A DNA stretch of 64,000 nucleotides. It comes from a virus. Below the pieces are notes generated by a model. The model made no database searches and was not told where the DNA came from. It saw only the letters and a program-made list of their open reading frames with translations. Position 1 is the first letter of the stretch. Each line of letters opens with the position of its first letter. Positions 20,585-30,194 of the stretch are shown here, in pieces. A program made the translations under genes and the position numbers. The DNA lies in the IMG/VR virus record IMGVR_UViG_2974521666_000001; one strand, given 5' to 3'.

Positions 20585-22539
20585 TGGCATTGGCCGGGCG
20601 TAACTTCTACATTTCCACTGATCTTGAGGAGTGGACCAAAGGCAACCCTGATGTCTTGCCATTGAATGGGAGCCACACCTTTACGGGTTTGCCTAGCGCC
20701 ACAGAGCACTACATTGCGGCTACCAACATTGACGGCGCAGGTCTGGAAAGTGAACTGTCAGATCCAATCTCAGTGGAGACTAACGTGTATGTGCCTGGCA
20801 TGGACCCATTGCCACTTGCAATTCGCAACAATATAGATGCGTTATGCGAAGACTGCCTGTCTAAGGGAATGGGGCCTGGAATAGCCATTGCCGTAGAGTC
20901 TGATTTGGGCTGGTACCGTAAGGCCTACGGCCTGGCCACTTATGGTGGCCGGGCATTGACATTGGATGACCACTTCAGAATCGGTAGTCTTACAAAGACT
21001 TTCACTGCAACAGCAGTACTCAAGTGCATTGAAGATGGCTTACTGTCCCTGGAAGATAAGCTGGCCGATTTCGATACGGATGAGTACGTATTGAGTACAG
21101 TCCCTAATGCAAACAAGATCACAGTGCGGCATATGCTAATGATGCGCTCTGGCATTGCGAGTGAGCAGGCAGACTGGGGCCTTCTGCTCAACCTGCTGTT
21201 GTTCCCCGGCAATGCTGTTAGTGAGGCTACGCGTCTCAACATTATTCGTGGCGGCACTCCAATGTTTGAACCTGGGACACAGTTCTTTTACACCAACGGC
21301 AACTACCTGCTACTCGGGTTGATCGTGAGAGCCATTCGGGGCAGGCCGATTCGTAATGTGGTGCTAGAAGACATCATTCAGCCACTTGGATTGACTGAAA
21401 CAAGTTGGCCTACTACGGCAAGCATGCCATCCCCGTACGCAGCTGGTCACGGTGGCCTCACAGGTGGCCGTACACAGAACACCACTGGCGTTCACCCAAG
21501 CTTTGCCGGTGCTGCCGGGGCCATCGTTTCCAACATCTCTGACATGCTTGAGTGGGCAAAGCATATGCGAGACTATGCAATCCTGAGCGAGCAAACCACT
21601 GAGCTGTGGGAAAGCGTGTTCTGCCCTATTCCTTTGGGTGGATCAGCGCCACCGGAATGTGGATACGGCTTAGGGACATATGACGTTGGTGACTTCAATA
21701 GCCACCCTGGTAGTTGGACTGGCTATGAGTGCTTTTCGATGTACAACCGCTCTACCGGCACTGTCATAGCTGGCTTTGAGAACTCACAGACTACAGAACC
21801 TGATCTTCCTGGTGTGCCTATATTCACTAAGGTTTTCGCCGAAATCGCGTCGATGGTAGACCCTGGCAGCATGGACCCTGTACCGTACGTAGCTTGTACT
21901 GTGCCAACAGACCCGTACGTCGGAGCACCAGCTCCTATCAATCTTGGCTGGGGTGGCATTTCAAACCTGATGTACAGCAATGGCACTGGCACTGGCACAT
22001 TCACTGCCCCTGAGGGAGCTGACGTGTACATGTGCCTTTGTTGGGACCGGACTGGTAGTGTCACTCTGGCAGAGTATGCCGGTGAAAATATGGAGCTGGT
22101 AGCAGGCCCTGTACTGAACAATAATACTGCCGGCTATGGTGGACAAGCTATTTATCGTGCGGCCGGTGCTGGCACTGGAGAAGCAGAAACAGTGCGTTTC
22201 AGTGGTTCTGGTGGCTGGCATACCTGCTTTTGCCTAGCCTTCGAGGGCGTGACTGATGTCGGTACTCCTATGACTAACTACGGGGTTGGCACCACACAGA
22301 CCCAAGATGTGACAGTAGGAGAGAACGAGCAGATTCTCCAGGTGTTTGCCGCAGGCGCGGGCGGTGGCCCAATCTACATCCCTAGTACCATTACTGGGGC
22401 CAAGAACCGCAAGAAGGGTGCTGGCACCTATCCCATGATCTGCATCAGCACAACTCGAAGCACAGGCACGATCACAGCTACCTCCAGCGGCACAAATCGT
22501 TGGAGCTCTATTGCTCTGCCATTGGAGATTGACCTATGA
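20584..22539 (+). CDS. minor tail protein with beta-lactamase/DD-peptidase-family domain
   Basis: SxxK (GSLTKTF) and YxN (YTNGNY) serine-hydrolase motifs. The C-terminal module is repeated in the next gene. Confidence 0.75.
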   Translation: MALAGRNFYISTDLEEWTKGNPDVLPLNGSHTFTGLPSATEHYIAATNIDGAGLESELSDPISVETNVYVPGMDPLPLAIRNNIDALCEDCLSKGMGPGIAIAVESDLGWYRKAYGLATYGGRALTLDDHFRIGSLTKTFTATAVLKCIEDGLLSLEDKLADFDTDEYVLSTVPNANKITVRHMLMMRSGIASEQADWGLLLNLLLFPGNAVSEATRLNIIRGGTPMFEPGTQFFYTNGNYLLLGLIVRAIRGRPIRNVVLEDIIQPLGLTETSWPTTASMPSPYAAGHGGLTGGRTQNTTGVHPSFAGAAGAIVSNISDMLEWAKHMRDYAILSEQTTELWESVFCPIPLGGSAPPECGYGLGTYDVGDFNSHPGSWTGYECFSMYNRSTGTVIAGFENSQTTEPDLPGVPIFTKVFAEIASMVDPGSMDPVPYVACTVPTDPYVGAPAPINLGWGGISNLMYSNGTGTGTFTAPEGADVYMCLCWDRTGSVTLAEYAGENMELVAGPVLNNNTAGYGGQAIYRAAGAGTGEAETVRFSGSGGWHTCFCLAFEGVTDVGTPMTNYGVGTTQTQDVTVGENEQILQVFAAGAGGGPIYIPSTITGAKNRKKGAGTYPMICISTTRSTGTITATSSGTNRWSSIALPLEIDL

Positions 22540-24317
22540 CCGTTGGTTGGTGGGCCGAAAACTTCTCTGCCGTGGAGGCAGAGCTCAAACCGGCGTCAGC
22601 ATCTCTTTCGGCCGAGCAGCCACACGAGGGAGACCTAGAGTCACAGGTATTGCCAGCCACAGCGGATATGGTCGGCAACCAACCCTTTACTGCCACTATC
22701 GAATCAGAAGCGCAACCTGCTGAAGCCACCTTCGCTGGTGCTTTGCAGCCTGAAGGCAACCTGGAGTCCGCTCTGGGGCGTGCGTACTTTGGTGCAACAG
22801 CTGAAGTTCGGGCTGAGGCAGCAATGGAAGTGCGCCTAATCGTGGCGGGCATGGTGGCACAGGGCGAAGTGCGGCAGCAAGGTAGTGTTGCAGCACAATT
22901 GGCCCCATTGGTGGCTGGCTTTGCCGGAGAACAACCTTACGATGGTGACCTGGAGTCTTCTGCGAAGAAAGCCGTTGCCTCTCTATCGGGTTGGATGGCT
23001 CCAGAGGGTTCGCTTGGTGCACAGACAAAGTTGCACAAGGCCTCATTCAGTGGTGGTGTGGCACAGGAAGGCTCACTTACTCCGCAAGTGCGTGCCACCA
23101 GCTTTGTGTCAACGGCTATCGTAGCCAACGAGGTAACGTTTGCCGCAGCCAGTGCAGGCACCAATGTGGTGACGGCCAACCCTCTTGCGTTCACCATCAC
23201 CCCGTCATCTGCTGGGGAAGACGTTGTTGTCTGGTTTGCCTGTGACCGTAGTGCCACTATCGGTGCGGTAACCATTGGCGGTAACCCATTGCGACGCATG
23301 TCAATTCAGCGGCTCACCAGCACACAGAGCAGCAATGCGTTCCTATGCTGCTACGTTGGCAAGTCTACATCCAATGGTTCACACAGTATCTCGGTGGCCC
23401 TCAGCGGCTCTCGTTGGGCAGTGGCAACTGCTGTGTCTTACAAGGACGCACAGGCCCTGCACCCCATAATGTCTACCTCTGGGCGTGTGAGCGCTACTGT
23501 AGCACAGTCAGTTACGTGCCCACCCAGCGGCATGGTCAGCTGGGGCCTGTGCATCGGCGGCGGCTCCACCTTCAGCAGCGTCAATAGCGGTAGCACAGAG
23601 CGCTTCTGGAAAACAGGATCCAGTTTCGCAATGATGGTGCGAGATGCCAACGCGAACACCACTTTTGGTGGCATACTTCCAAGCACCACGTACTGGGCTG
23701 CACAAGCTCTGCGCCTGAGCCCCATAGCAATACAAGGGCCAAGGTACAACAATTACGGGGAGATGACGTCCCCGTCACTTGGAAACTCTAGCGCCAGCTT
23801 TACGGTGTTGGCTGATGCTGGTGATGACATCATCGTTGGTTTCTGCGTGGACCGTGGTACGGACCAAAGCATCACAGTCACATGTGCTGGCAACAACATG
23901 ACACTGCTTGGCACTCAGCTGTGGACTGGTGCCGGGGCCAACGCGCGAGTGCAGCTATACCGCTATGCGAACGTGCCGTCGGCCAACCCCACAATCCAAG
24001 TGACACTAGCAAGTAACTCTGGTTGGTATATCGCCGGTGGCATCTCTGTTAAGGGAATGACCTCTGCCGGTACAACTTCCGGCACAAACGGAAACTCTAC
24101 TAACGCAGCACAATCGGTGACATGTGGGGCAAATCAACTGATCGTGCAATGCTTTGCCTTTAATGGAACATTCGGGCAAGTCGATGGTGGTGCTACACTA
24201 GTGGATACGTCTAGCGGCAACCTAGTGACACTGGCCCTCAGCATTTCTGACGTATCAACAACGTTCACACACTATGTGAACAACAACTGGGGCAGCATCG
24301 CAGTGGTGCTGAGTTAG
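22536..24317 (+). CDS. minor tail protein (repeat-containing, probable receptor binding)
   Basis: ATGA overlap. The N-terminus carries five short repeats (..EQPHEGDLES.., ..LQPEGNLES.., ..EQPYDGDLES.., ..MAPEGSLG.., ..VAQEGSLT..), followed by two copies of a ~190-aa module. Confidence 0.6.
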   Translation: MTVGWWAENFSAVEAELKPASASLSAEQPHEGDLESQVLPATADMVGNQPFTATIESEAQPAEATFAGALQPEGNLESALGRAYFGATAEVRAEAAMEVRLIVAGMVAQGEVRQQGSVAAQLAPLVAGFAGEQPYDGDLESSAKKAVASLSGWMAPEGSLGAQTKLHKASFSGGVAQEGSLTPQVRATSFVSTAIVANEVTFAAASAGTNVVTANPLAFTITPSSAGEDVVVWFACDRSATIGAVTIGGNPLRRMSIQRLTSTQSSNAFLCCYVGKSTSNGSHSISVALSGSRWAVATAVSYKDAQALHPIMSTSGRVSATVAQSVTCPPSGMVSWGLCIGGGSTFSSVNSGSTERFWKTGSSFAMMVRDANANTTFGGILPSTTYWAAQALRLSPIAIQGPRYNNYGEMTSPSLGNSSASFTVLADAGDDIIVGFCVDRGTDQSITVTCAGNNMTLLGTQLWTGAGANARVQLYRYANVPSANPTIQVTLASNSGWYIAGGISVKGMTSAGTTSGTNGNSTNAAQSVTCGANQLIVQCFAFNGTFGQVDGGATLVDTSSGNLVTLALSISDVSTTFTHYVNNNWGSIAVVLS

Positions 24318-24329
24318 AAAGGAACACTA

Positions 24330-24614
24330 ATGGATAGCCAATTGGAGGCAATCCGGGATGCTGCATCTCCCGGGCCAGGCCGCAATCTGGAGCAGGCAAG
24401 AGACCTTGCCGATGCTTTCGTTGCGGCTCACCCTGAGCTGTATCCCGGTTGGGAGGACAAGACGGTCCACGAGGCCGTCAATGCCGTAGAGATCCTACGG
24501 GCTGCTGGCCTGGAGGAAGAGGCATGGCGCGCAGAGGCGTGGATCCTTCACCGCTGGGAACCTCAGAACATCGGTGGCCCGGCACAGGCAACGATTCGGG
24601 TGGTGGCTGAGTAG
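24330..24614 (+). CDS. hypothetical protein (94 aa)
   Basis: ATG after a GAAAGGAA RBS. Confidence 0.5.
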   Translation: MDSQLEAIRDAASPGPGRNLEQARDLADAFVAAHPELYPGWEDKTVHEAVNAVEILRAAGLEEEAWRAEAWILHRWEPQNIGGPAQATIRVVAE

Positions 24615-24615
24615 C

Positions 24616-25044
24616 ATGGCAAAACAGTTCTTTCTCACCCAGGCCGTGGTGGCCGGAATGCTCAACTCTACGGGTTTGGCTGAGGCCCTAGGCGCTTCAC
24701 CCAAAATCCGGCTGTACAGCGGCACGGTGCCGAGCAATGCGGATGCAGCACTGTCCAGTAACACTCAGCTGGCTGAACTGACATGTGCTTCATCGCCTTT
24801 CGCCAGCTACTCCGACACTGGCAGCGCAGCGCGGGCTGTATTCGGTACTATCACAGCGGATTCCTCGGCTGATGCCACAGGTACGGCAACGTTCTTCCGT
24901 ATCCTGAACTCAGCCGGCGACACGGTGAAAGCTCAAGGGACAGTAGGCACTACTGATGCTGACCTGATCCTCAACACCACGAGTATCACGCTCGGCTCTA
25001 CTGTCGCTATCACTTCCGCATACATCGAGCTGCCAGAGGGCTAA
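24616..25044 (+). CDS. hypothetical protein (142 aa), possibly virion-associated
   Basis: ATG 24616, 1 nt after the upstream stop, inside ORF 24574..25044. Confidence 0.5.
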   Translation: MAKQFFLTQAVVAGMLNSTGLAEALGASPKIRLYSGTVPSNADAALSSNTQLAELTCASSPFASYSDTGSAARAVFGTITADSSADATGTATFFRILNSAGDTVKAQGTVGTTDADLILNTTSITLGSTVAITSAYIELPEG

Positions 25045-25046
25045 AC

Positions 25047-26516
25047 ATGATCACGGAAAACGGTTGGCCCGATTGTGGGCCAAATGACTTAGATCGCAAG
25101 CCGATTCCCGGCACGGACGTAGTCATTCCACTTCAAAAGGGCCAACCGTCCTTGATCCTGAAAGCCTTTGCGGCTGATCTCAACTGGTATGTCGAGAGCG
25201 TCTACAACAGCCGTGGCGGCACGGACGAGGGCGGATGGACCGGTACAAACAAAGTGCCAACCAGTAACCACCTGGGAGGCACTGCCTTTGATTATAACTG
25301 GAGTGACCACCCACTCGGTTATGCAGCACCAGATCCAAGAGCCGGCTGGAATGGTTCATCTATAATCAAGGGTGACCAAACCCCATATGTCCGAGAGCTT
25401 TTGGACTACTACGAGGGTATGGTCTACTGGGGCAACGATTGGCGTAGTCCAAAAGATTCCATGCATTTCCAGATGGGATACAACACGTATGGGCCTGCTG
25501 GCTCTACTACGTGGAAGCGTGTGGAAGACTTCATTGCTCGCAAGATTGACATCACGACAGGTTTCAGTCGGTTCAAGGAGCATAAGGGCACTACTGGGGT
25601 CAACTTCACGGCTTTATTGTCTGAGGCCATGCTTGACGTGAGTGGTGTTGACTACGAGTACTACGTACCGTTGGTTGCCCGCACGCTGCGTGACTGCGAG
25701 TGCACCACTGAAGCGCGAATCGCTATGTGGTGCACACAGGTTGGGCATGAGTCACTGAGCCTGAAGTACATGGAAGAGATTGCCGACGGCAGCAAGTACG
25801 AAGGCCGTACTGACCTGGGTAATACACAGCCCGGTGATGGAAAGCGCTTCAAAGGCCGTGGCCCCATACAAGTTACAGGCCGGTACAACTACACCAAGTT
25901 CTCTGAGTGGGCACACTCCAAAGGCATAGTGTCTACTCCAGATTACTTTGTGATGAACCCTAGTGAACTGTCCAAGCCGGAGTACGGTTTTCATGCCGTG
26001 ACCTGGTACTGGACTGTTCAGAGGCCGATGAACCAAGCAGCAGACGCCAGAAACCTAGAGCAAGCTACAAAGTACGTCAATGGCGGGCTGAATGGCTTGC
26101 CAGACCGTAAAATGAGGTACGATCGCACCACAGCTATGGGTCCGCGACTCCTCAATTTACTACTTGGAGAGGAAGATTGGATGAGCGATCCAACAATCGT
26201 CAAGATGATTAAGGAAATCCACGGCTGCCTGTTCAATCAGATTGGCTCTCAGAGCCGTTACCGCGCTGACGGTGAAGGCGACATCTGGAAGTTGCACGAG
26301 CTGATCAAGAACGACGACGGCATGGTACACGAGGCCCACATCGAACGCCTTGCAGTACTAGGTGATCCGAGCAGCATTGCGCTGGTGGCCCGTAACAGCG
26401 AGCGCGGTGACAAGCTCGCTCAGGCAGTGCTGATTCGCATTGAGGACAAGTACCTCACCGAAACTCAACAGCACCTCAAGAACACCATTGTCGTACAACG
26501 GTTCCCGGAAGGATAG
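25047..26516 (+). CDS. lysA: endolysin (lysin A): M15-type peptidase + GH19 glycosidase + C-terminal domain
   Basis: SNHLGGTAFD..DSMHFQ is an H-x6-D..H zinc peptidase site. GRTDLGNTQPGDGKRFKGRGPIQVTGRYNY is a GH19 chitinase-like motif. Confidence 0.85.
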   Translation: MITENGWPDCGPNDLDRKPIPGTDVVIPLQKGQPSLILKAFAADLNWYVESVYNSRGGTDEGGWTGTNKVPTSNHLGGTAFDYNWSDHPLGYAAPDPRAGWNGSSIIKGDQTPYVRELLDYYEGMVYWGNDWRSPKDSMHFQMGYNTYGPAGSTTWKRVEDFIARKIDITTGFSRFKEHKGTTGVNFTALLSEAMLDVSGVDYEYYVPLVARTLRDCECTTEARIAMWCTQVGHESLSLKYMEEIADGSKYEGRTDLGNTQPGDGKRFKGRGPIQVTGRYNYTKFSEWAHSKGIVSTPDYFVMNPSELSKPEYGFHAVTWYWTVQRPMNQAADARNLEQATKYVNGGLNGLPDRKMRYDRTTAMGPRLLNLLLGEEDWMSDPTIVKMIKEIHGCLFNQIGSQSRYRADGEGDIWKLHELIKNDDGMVHEAHIERLAVLGDPSSIALVARNSERGDKLAQAVLIRIEDKYLTETQQHLKNTIVVQRFPEG

Positions 26517-26520
26517 TCCC

Positions 26521-26886
26521 ATGGCAGAGCCACTACCACCGGACATGACCGGTGACTCGCCCGCGCCAGTCAAGATTCGCATTGAGCCACTACCGAATCA
26601 GGTTGTGGTTCAAGACCAAACCGGTACTGAGCCAGAAGTTTTGCCGGCTGAGGTCAAGGTGCTGGCTGAGAAGCCAGGGGCCGTGAACTGGCTGGACAAG
26701 GCAAAGGCGTACTACCACACCATCATCACACTCATTGGTGCTCTGGTTGTGATGCTCAACGAGCTTACGCCTCTGTCGAACTTCATGGACGACACCACCC
26801 AACGAATCTTTAGCATTGCAGTGGTTTTCTTCACTGCAGCGCTGAACTTCCTCAAGTCCAATGAGGTTTGGGTCAATAAGCTGTGA
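26521..26886 (+). CDS. holin candidate (2 TM segments)
   Basis: ATG 26521, 4 nt after the lysin A stop. Hydrophobic stretches YYHTIITLIGALVVMLNEL and IFSIAVVFFTAALNFL. Confidence 0.5.
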   Translation: MAEPLPPDMTGDSPAPVKIRIEPLPNQVVVQDQTGTEPEVLPAEVKVLAEKPGAVNWLDKAKAYYHTIITLIGALVVMLNELTPLSNFMDDTTQRIFSIAVVFFTAALNFLKSNEVWVNKL

Positions 26887-27401
26887 CTGCTCCAGAGCCG
26901 AAAGACCTAGCGGCTCAGATCAAAAAGCTTCACGGTGATGTGACATTTGAGCTGCAGCTACGCGAACGCCCTGACAGGCACCCATACCAAACGGGTTGTC
27001 TGTCAGGGCTTCTCGTGGTATCGATCGCCCAGATGATCTTAGGGCTGCCTCCAGAATCAGCACTGTATAAGACAGTAGGGTATGCAACGGTAGTTACTCT
27101 CAACATACCGTTCGTGGTTGGTAGTGCCATGGCATTGGCCGGTGCTGCACTCAACCGTGAGCGGTGGTTTGAACTCAGCCTGAGGCTTGGCATCTTTGGC
27201 CACCTCTCGCTTTTCGTTGCGGCCCTATGTTATACGCTCTTTGTGATGGTTGCCACGCATGGCCCTGGTGACAAGCCCTATTGGATAGCAGTAACTTCCG
27301 TGGGGTTGAGTGTCGGCATCGCCTACGCCTCAGTACAACGTTTCCGTCAAATGCGAAAGCTGTTGGCAGAGTACCGGCGCAGGGAGCGGGAACGGAATTG
27401 A
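26883..27401 (+). CDS. membrane protein (about 4 TM), lysis cassette
   Basis: GTGA overlap. Four hydrophobic segments. Confidence 0.5.
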   Translation: MTAPEPKDLAAQIKKLHGDVTFELQLRERPDRHPYQTGCLSGLLVVSIAQMILGLPPESALYKTVGYATVVTLNIPFVVGSAMALAGAALNRERWFELSLRLGIFGHLSLFVAALCYTLFVMVATHGPGDKPYWIAVTSVGLSVGIAYASVQRFRQMRKLLAEYRRRERERN

Positions 27402-27802
27402 AGGTGTTAGAGTCCCTCATCACCCAAGCTGCGCTAGTCACGGTGGCTGCCATTTCTGCTGTAGGAGGCATCTACTCTACCTATGCCAATCGCAAGCAGA
27501 ACAGCGCCACCGCGGACAAGACGAAGAAAGAGGGTGAGCAGGTAGGTGATCAGACATGGATCAGACGCCTAGAAGCTCTAAGTCAAGACTTCGAGAAGCT
27601 GCAAAAGCTGTCCGATGAGCGCTTTGAACGCCTCGTTGAAATCGAGATGCTTATAACTGAACATGTTTCGTGGGACTTCCGCATCATGCGGTTGCTCCGG
27701 GAGCACGGTATTGAGGCCGAGACTCCACCGTCGCTGGTGTACGTGCGCCACAAACTTAAAGAGGCACAGGAGCAAGAGAAGAGCCTGGGGGAAACAGGAT
27801 GA
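27398..27802 (+). CDS. membrane-anchored coiled-coil protein, lysis cassette
   Basis: TTGA overlap start (GTG 27404 is the alternative). N-terminal TM segment LITQAALVTVAAISAVGGIY, then a charged helix. Confidence 0.45.
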   Translation: MKVLESLITQAALVTVAAISAVGGIYSTYANRKQNSATADKTKKEGEQVGDQTWIRRLEALSQDFEKLQKLSDERFERLVEIEMLITEHVSWDFRIMRLLREHGIEAETPPSLVYVRHKLKEAQEQEKSLGETG

Positions 27803-28848
27803 GAGTCAACGGCGTTTGGGTTGGTTGGGGTGTAGGGGACCACTCCGTAATTGATGATACGGTTCGCCGTGCCAAGGCGTACATGCGCGCAATGTACCGT
27901 AGCTACGCAGGGCATTTGGCTGATACAAACGAGTTTGACCGCGAGATGGAAGCTGCTGTTATCGAAATGCAGCAGCGTCTGGTCTTGCAGGGCCGGCTAG
28001 AGTTGGGTACCTACATAACTGGTGTGCTTGACTTGCCGACTCAAATTGCCATGGGGTTCAAGAAGGCACCAAACCCCGTGCGCCCCATCATCATTACTGT
28101 AGAGGGACACCTGAGCAGCATGTACGTTGGCCCTTGCGCGTACGTTGCCTCTAAGCTGGAAAGCGAAGGTGTATGTTGGTGGCAACCTATTGGTTACGAC
28201 AACACGAGCTTGCCGTTCCGTAACCAAACTGGTATCAGCGCAGTTCTAAACGTGCTGAGGCAGACGGTTCTGTTGGACGGCAACGGGCAGCCGACCAGAC
28301 CGTTTCCACTTGGAACACCATGGGGCATCGAGGGATTCAGCCAAGGGGCCATCATTGTCAACCGTATCCTTATGCTACTCAGGGATACCACAGACCCAAT
28401 GCTGCAGCAAAGGTACGCCGACCTCACACGGGGCCTCACTTTCGGTGACCCATACCGCGAGAAAGATGTAGTGGCAGAGTGGGTTACTGATCCACCCAAG
28501 CCGGGAACACAAGGCATCAGTGATGTGCGCCTAACGAATACGCCGAGCTGGTGGAAAGTAGTCAGCCGCCGTGGTGACCTGTATTCCGAGAATCCTGACA
28601 ACGAGGTCGGCCTAAACCGTAGTGCTATCTACAAGATTGCGGCCGAAAACAGCTGGGCCGGTGGGCCGGCTGGTTTGCTGCAGAGAATCGGTGACTTCCT
28701 AATGGATCCATTGGATGGCACCATCGATATCGGCCTTGCTATCATCGGCGGCGTGATGTTCATGGGCAACATGGAACCCCATGGGGGATATGACCTTAAC
28801 CCGTGTGTGGAGTACATGCGGGGTGTGGGAACAAGGAGAGTAGCATGA
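27799..28848 (+). CDS. lysB: lysin B (mycolylarabinogalactan esterase, cutinase-like)
   Basis: Peptidoglycan-binding-like N-terminus and a GFSQG nucleophile elbow. Lies in the lysis cassette. Confidence 0.8.
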   Translation: MRVNGVWVGWGVGDHSVIDDTVRRAKAYMRAMYRSYAGHLADTNEFDREMEAAVIEMQQRLVLQGRLELGTYITGVLDLPTQIAMGFKKAPNPVRPIIITVEGHLSSMYVGPCAYVASKLESEGVCWWQPIGYDNTSLPFRNQTGISAVLNVLRQTVLLDGNGQPTRPFPLGTPWGIEGFSQGAIIVNRILMLLRDTTDPMLQQRYADLTRGLTFGDPYREKDVVAEWVTDPPKPGTQGISDVRLTNTPSWWKVVSRRGDLYSENPDNEVGLNRSAIYKIAAENSWAGGPAGLLQRIGDFLMDPLDGTIDIGLAIIGGVMFMGNMEPHGGYDLNPCVEYMRGVGTRRVA

Positions 28849-29090
28849 GTGGTAGCAAGGCACGTGTGTACGGACGGCCTGGTTGTGTGCAGTGTGAACA
28901 TACCAAGAAGGTAATGGACAAAGAGGGTATCCCCTACGAGTACATCGACATTGACACCAACGAGGTTGCGCACCAAGAGGTCAAGGCCCTGGCGACAGGT
29001 ACAGCGCTTCCATTGGTGGTGGCCAAGGGCAAACAGTGGCAGGGCTTTTCTCCGGACAAGATCAAGGGCTTGAAACGTGAGCAATCCTGA
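28845..29090 (+). CDS. nrdH: NrdH-like glutaredoxin
   Basis: ATGA overlap. 81 aa with an N-terminal CVQC redox motif and thioredoxin-fold size. Confidence 0.7.
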   Translation: MSGSKARVYGRPGCVQCEHTKKVMDKEGIPYEYIDIDTNEVAHQEVKALATGTALPLVVAKGKQWQGFSPDKIKGLKREQS

Positions 29091-29442
29091 TGACATTGCG
29101 TACACGGTGGTACTGGAGACACTAGTGGCCTCGCTGGCCCTCAAGCTCGGCGCGGACCCAAACGAGCTGGTACCGAACGTGTTACGCGAAGTTGCAGAAG
29201 CTGAGGGCATGGAAAGCCTAGAGACAGATAGGCTTATCGAACAACGCTGGACTGGCCGGCAAATGCCGCTAGCGGCCCAAAGTGCCCTGTTGCCCCAGGT
29301 GAACGCTGCGGCTACCTGGGCAAACCGTGGGAAACGGGGCCTCAGAAGCCCTGAGACGGCCGAAAAGCCTGACCTTAGGGCCAGACTAGCCGACTACAAA
29401 CAACGCCTGTCTGAGGCTGTCTCTGAGGGCGGCCCTATTTAA
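29077..29442 (+). CDS. hypothetical protein (121 aa)
   Basis: GTG start overlapping the nrdH-like end. Last gene of the left arm. Confidence 0.45.
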   Translation: MSNPDDIAYTVVLETLVASLALKLGADPNELVPNVLREVAEAEGMESLETDRLIEQRWTGRQMPLAAQSALLPQVNAAATWANRGKRGLRSPETAEKPDLRARLADYKQRLSEAVSEGGPI

Positions 29443-29473
29443 AGCCCGTAAGCTGTAGTGTCCCTAGGGCACT

Positions 29474-29535
29474 GAGAGGCCCGTAGCTGCATAGCAGTAC
29501 GCTTGTACTGAGTGTCCGCCAGCTGCGGGCCTCTC
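29474..29535 (+). terminator. left-arm terminator-like long hairpin
   Basis: 29474-29489 pairs with 29520-29535 (GAGAGGCCCGTAGCTG / CAGCTGCGGGCCTCTC): 16 bp including one G-U. Lies 30 nt after the last left-arm gene. The U-tract is weak. Confidence 0.5.
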
Positions 29536-29601
29536 GCATTTCCTATGGTCAGGTTGCCGGCTGATGCCCTGACCAGCTCATATGTCCAGTGATACAGATA
29601 T

Positions 29602-29640
29602 CGGTTTGGTCACGGTTTGGTCAAGATTCGGAAAAGATTC
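29602..29640. repeat. tandem 11-mers (CGGTTTGGTCA x2) followed by AAGATTC x2 at 11-nt spacing
   Basis: 29602-29612 equals 29613-29623 exactly. AAGATTC occurs at 29623-29629 and 29634-29640. Lies in the ORF-free junction. Confidence 0.6.
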
Positions 29641-30194
29641 CCTGGTGGCGTTGCCGAAAAGTAGCAAGTCAGGCCCGTTTCTGGTACTCTTTTGCCTGGG
29701 GCGGCCCATGCCACCCCACCACAACCCAGCCGCCCGCACGGGCGGACGCGAGCACACCCTTGGCGAAACGACTACCAGCTCTTCGCCCGACGCGTGAAAA
29801 AGGCTCCACCCCACTGGGACATAAACGTAAGACCTAGAGGGTCTACACCATTCGTGTAAACGGTGGAGCTGTGACATGGAGCAGCGCTGTGGATCCTGGG
29901 ACGGGCTGTTTAGTGCAACATTAGGCCGAAGGCGCTCTTGCCCAAGAGTACCTAGGGAATTCAACCAGCGATAACGGATCGTCGTGAGACAGTACCGGAG
30001 TCACCCTACGGGGTGCCCGCTGAAGCCGGACACGGTGTGACCTGACTGAACCTAGGGAGTGTAGGGAATTGAGCCCGATGAGGCTGAAATACGTTGTGAC
30101 GGTACACCTTCATGCAGCAAGAGCAGGCACCACCCAAGCCCCTCACGCGGGGCCGGAGCACCTGCCGCTACAGGTCAATGTGTTACAACGTTTT

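Noticed and set aside
29578-29964. Minus-strand 128-aa ORF, and two plus-strand ORFs (29582-29797, 29589-29837), in the arm junction.
   Set aside because: - No RBS.
- Implausible composition.
- They overlap one another.
- The region is better explained by repeats and hairpins.
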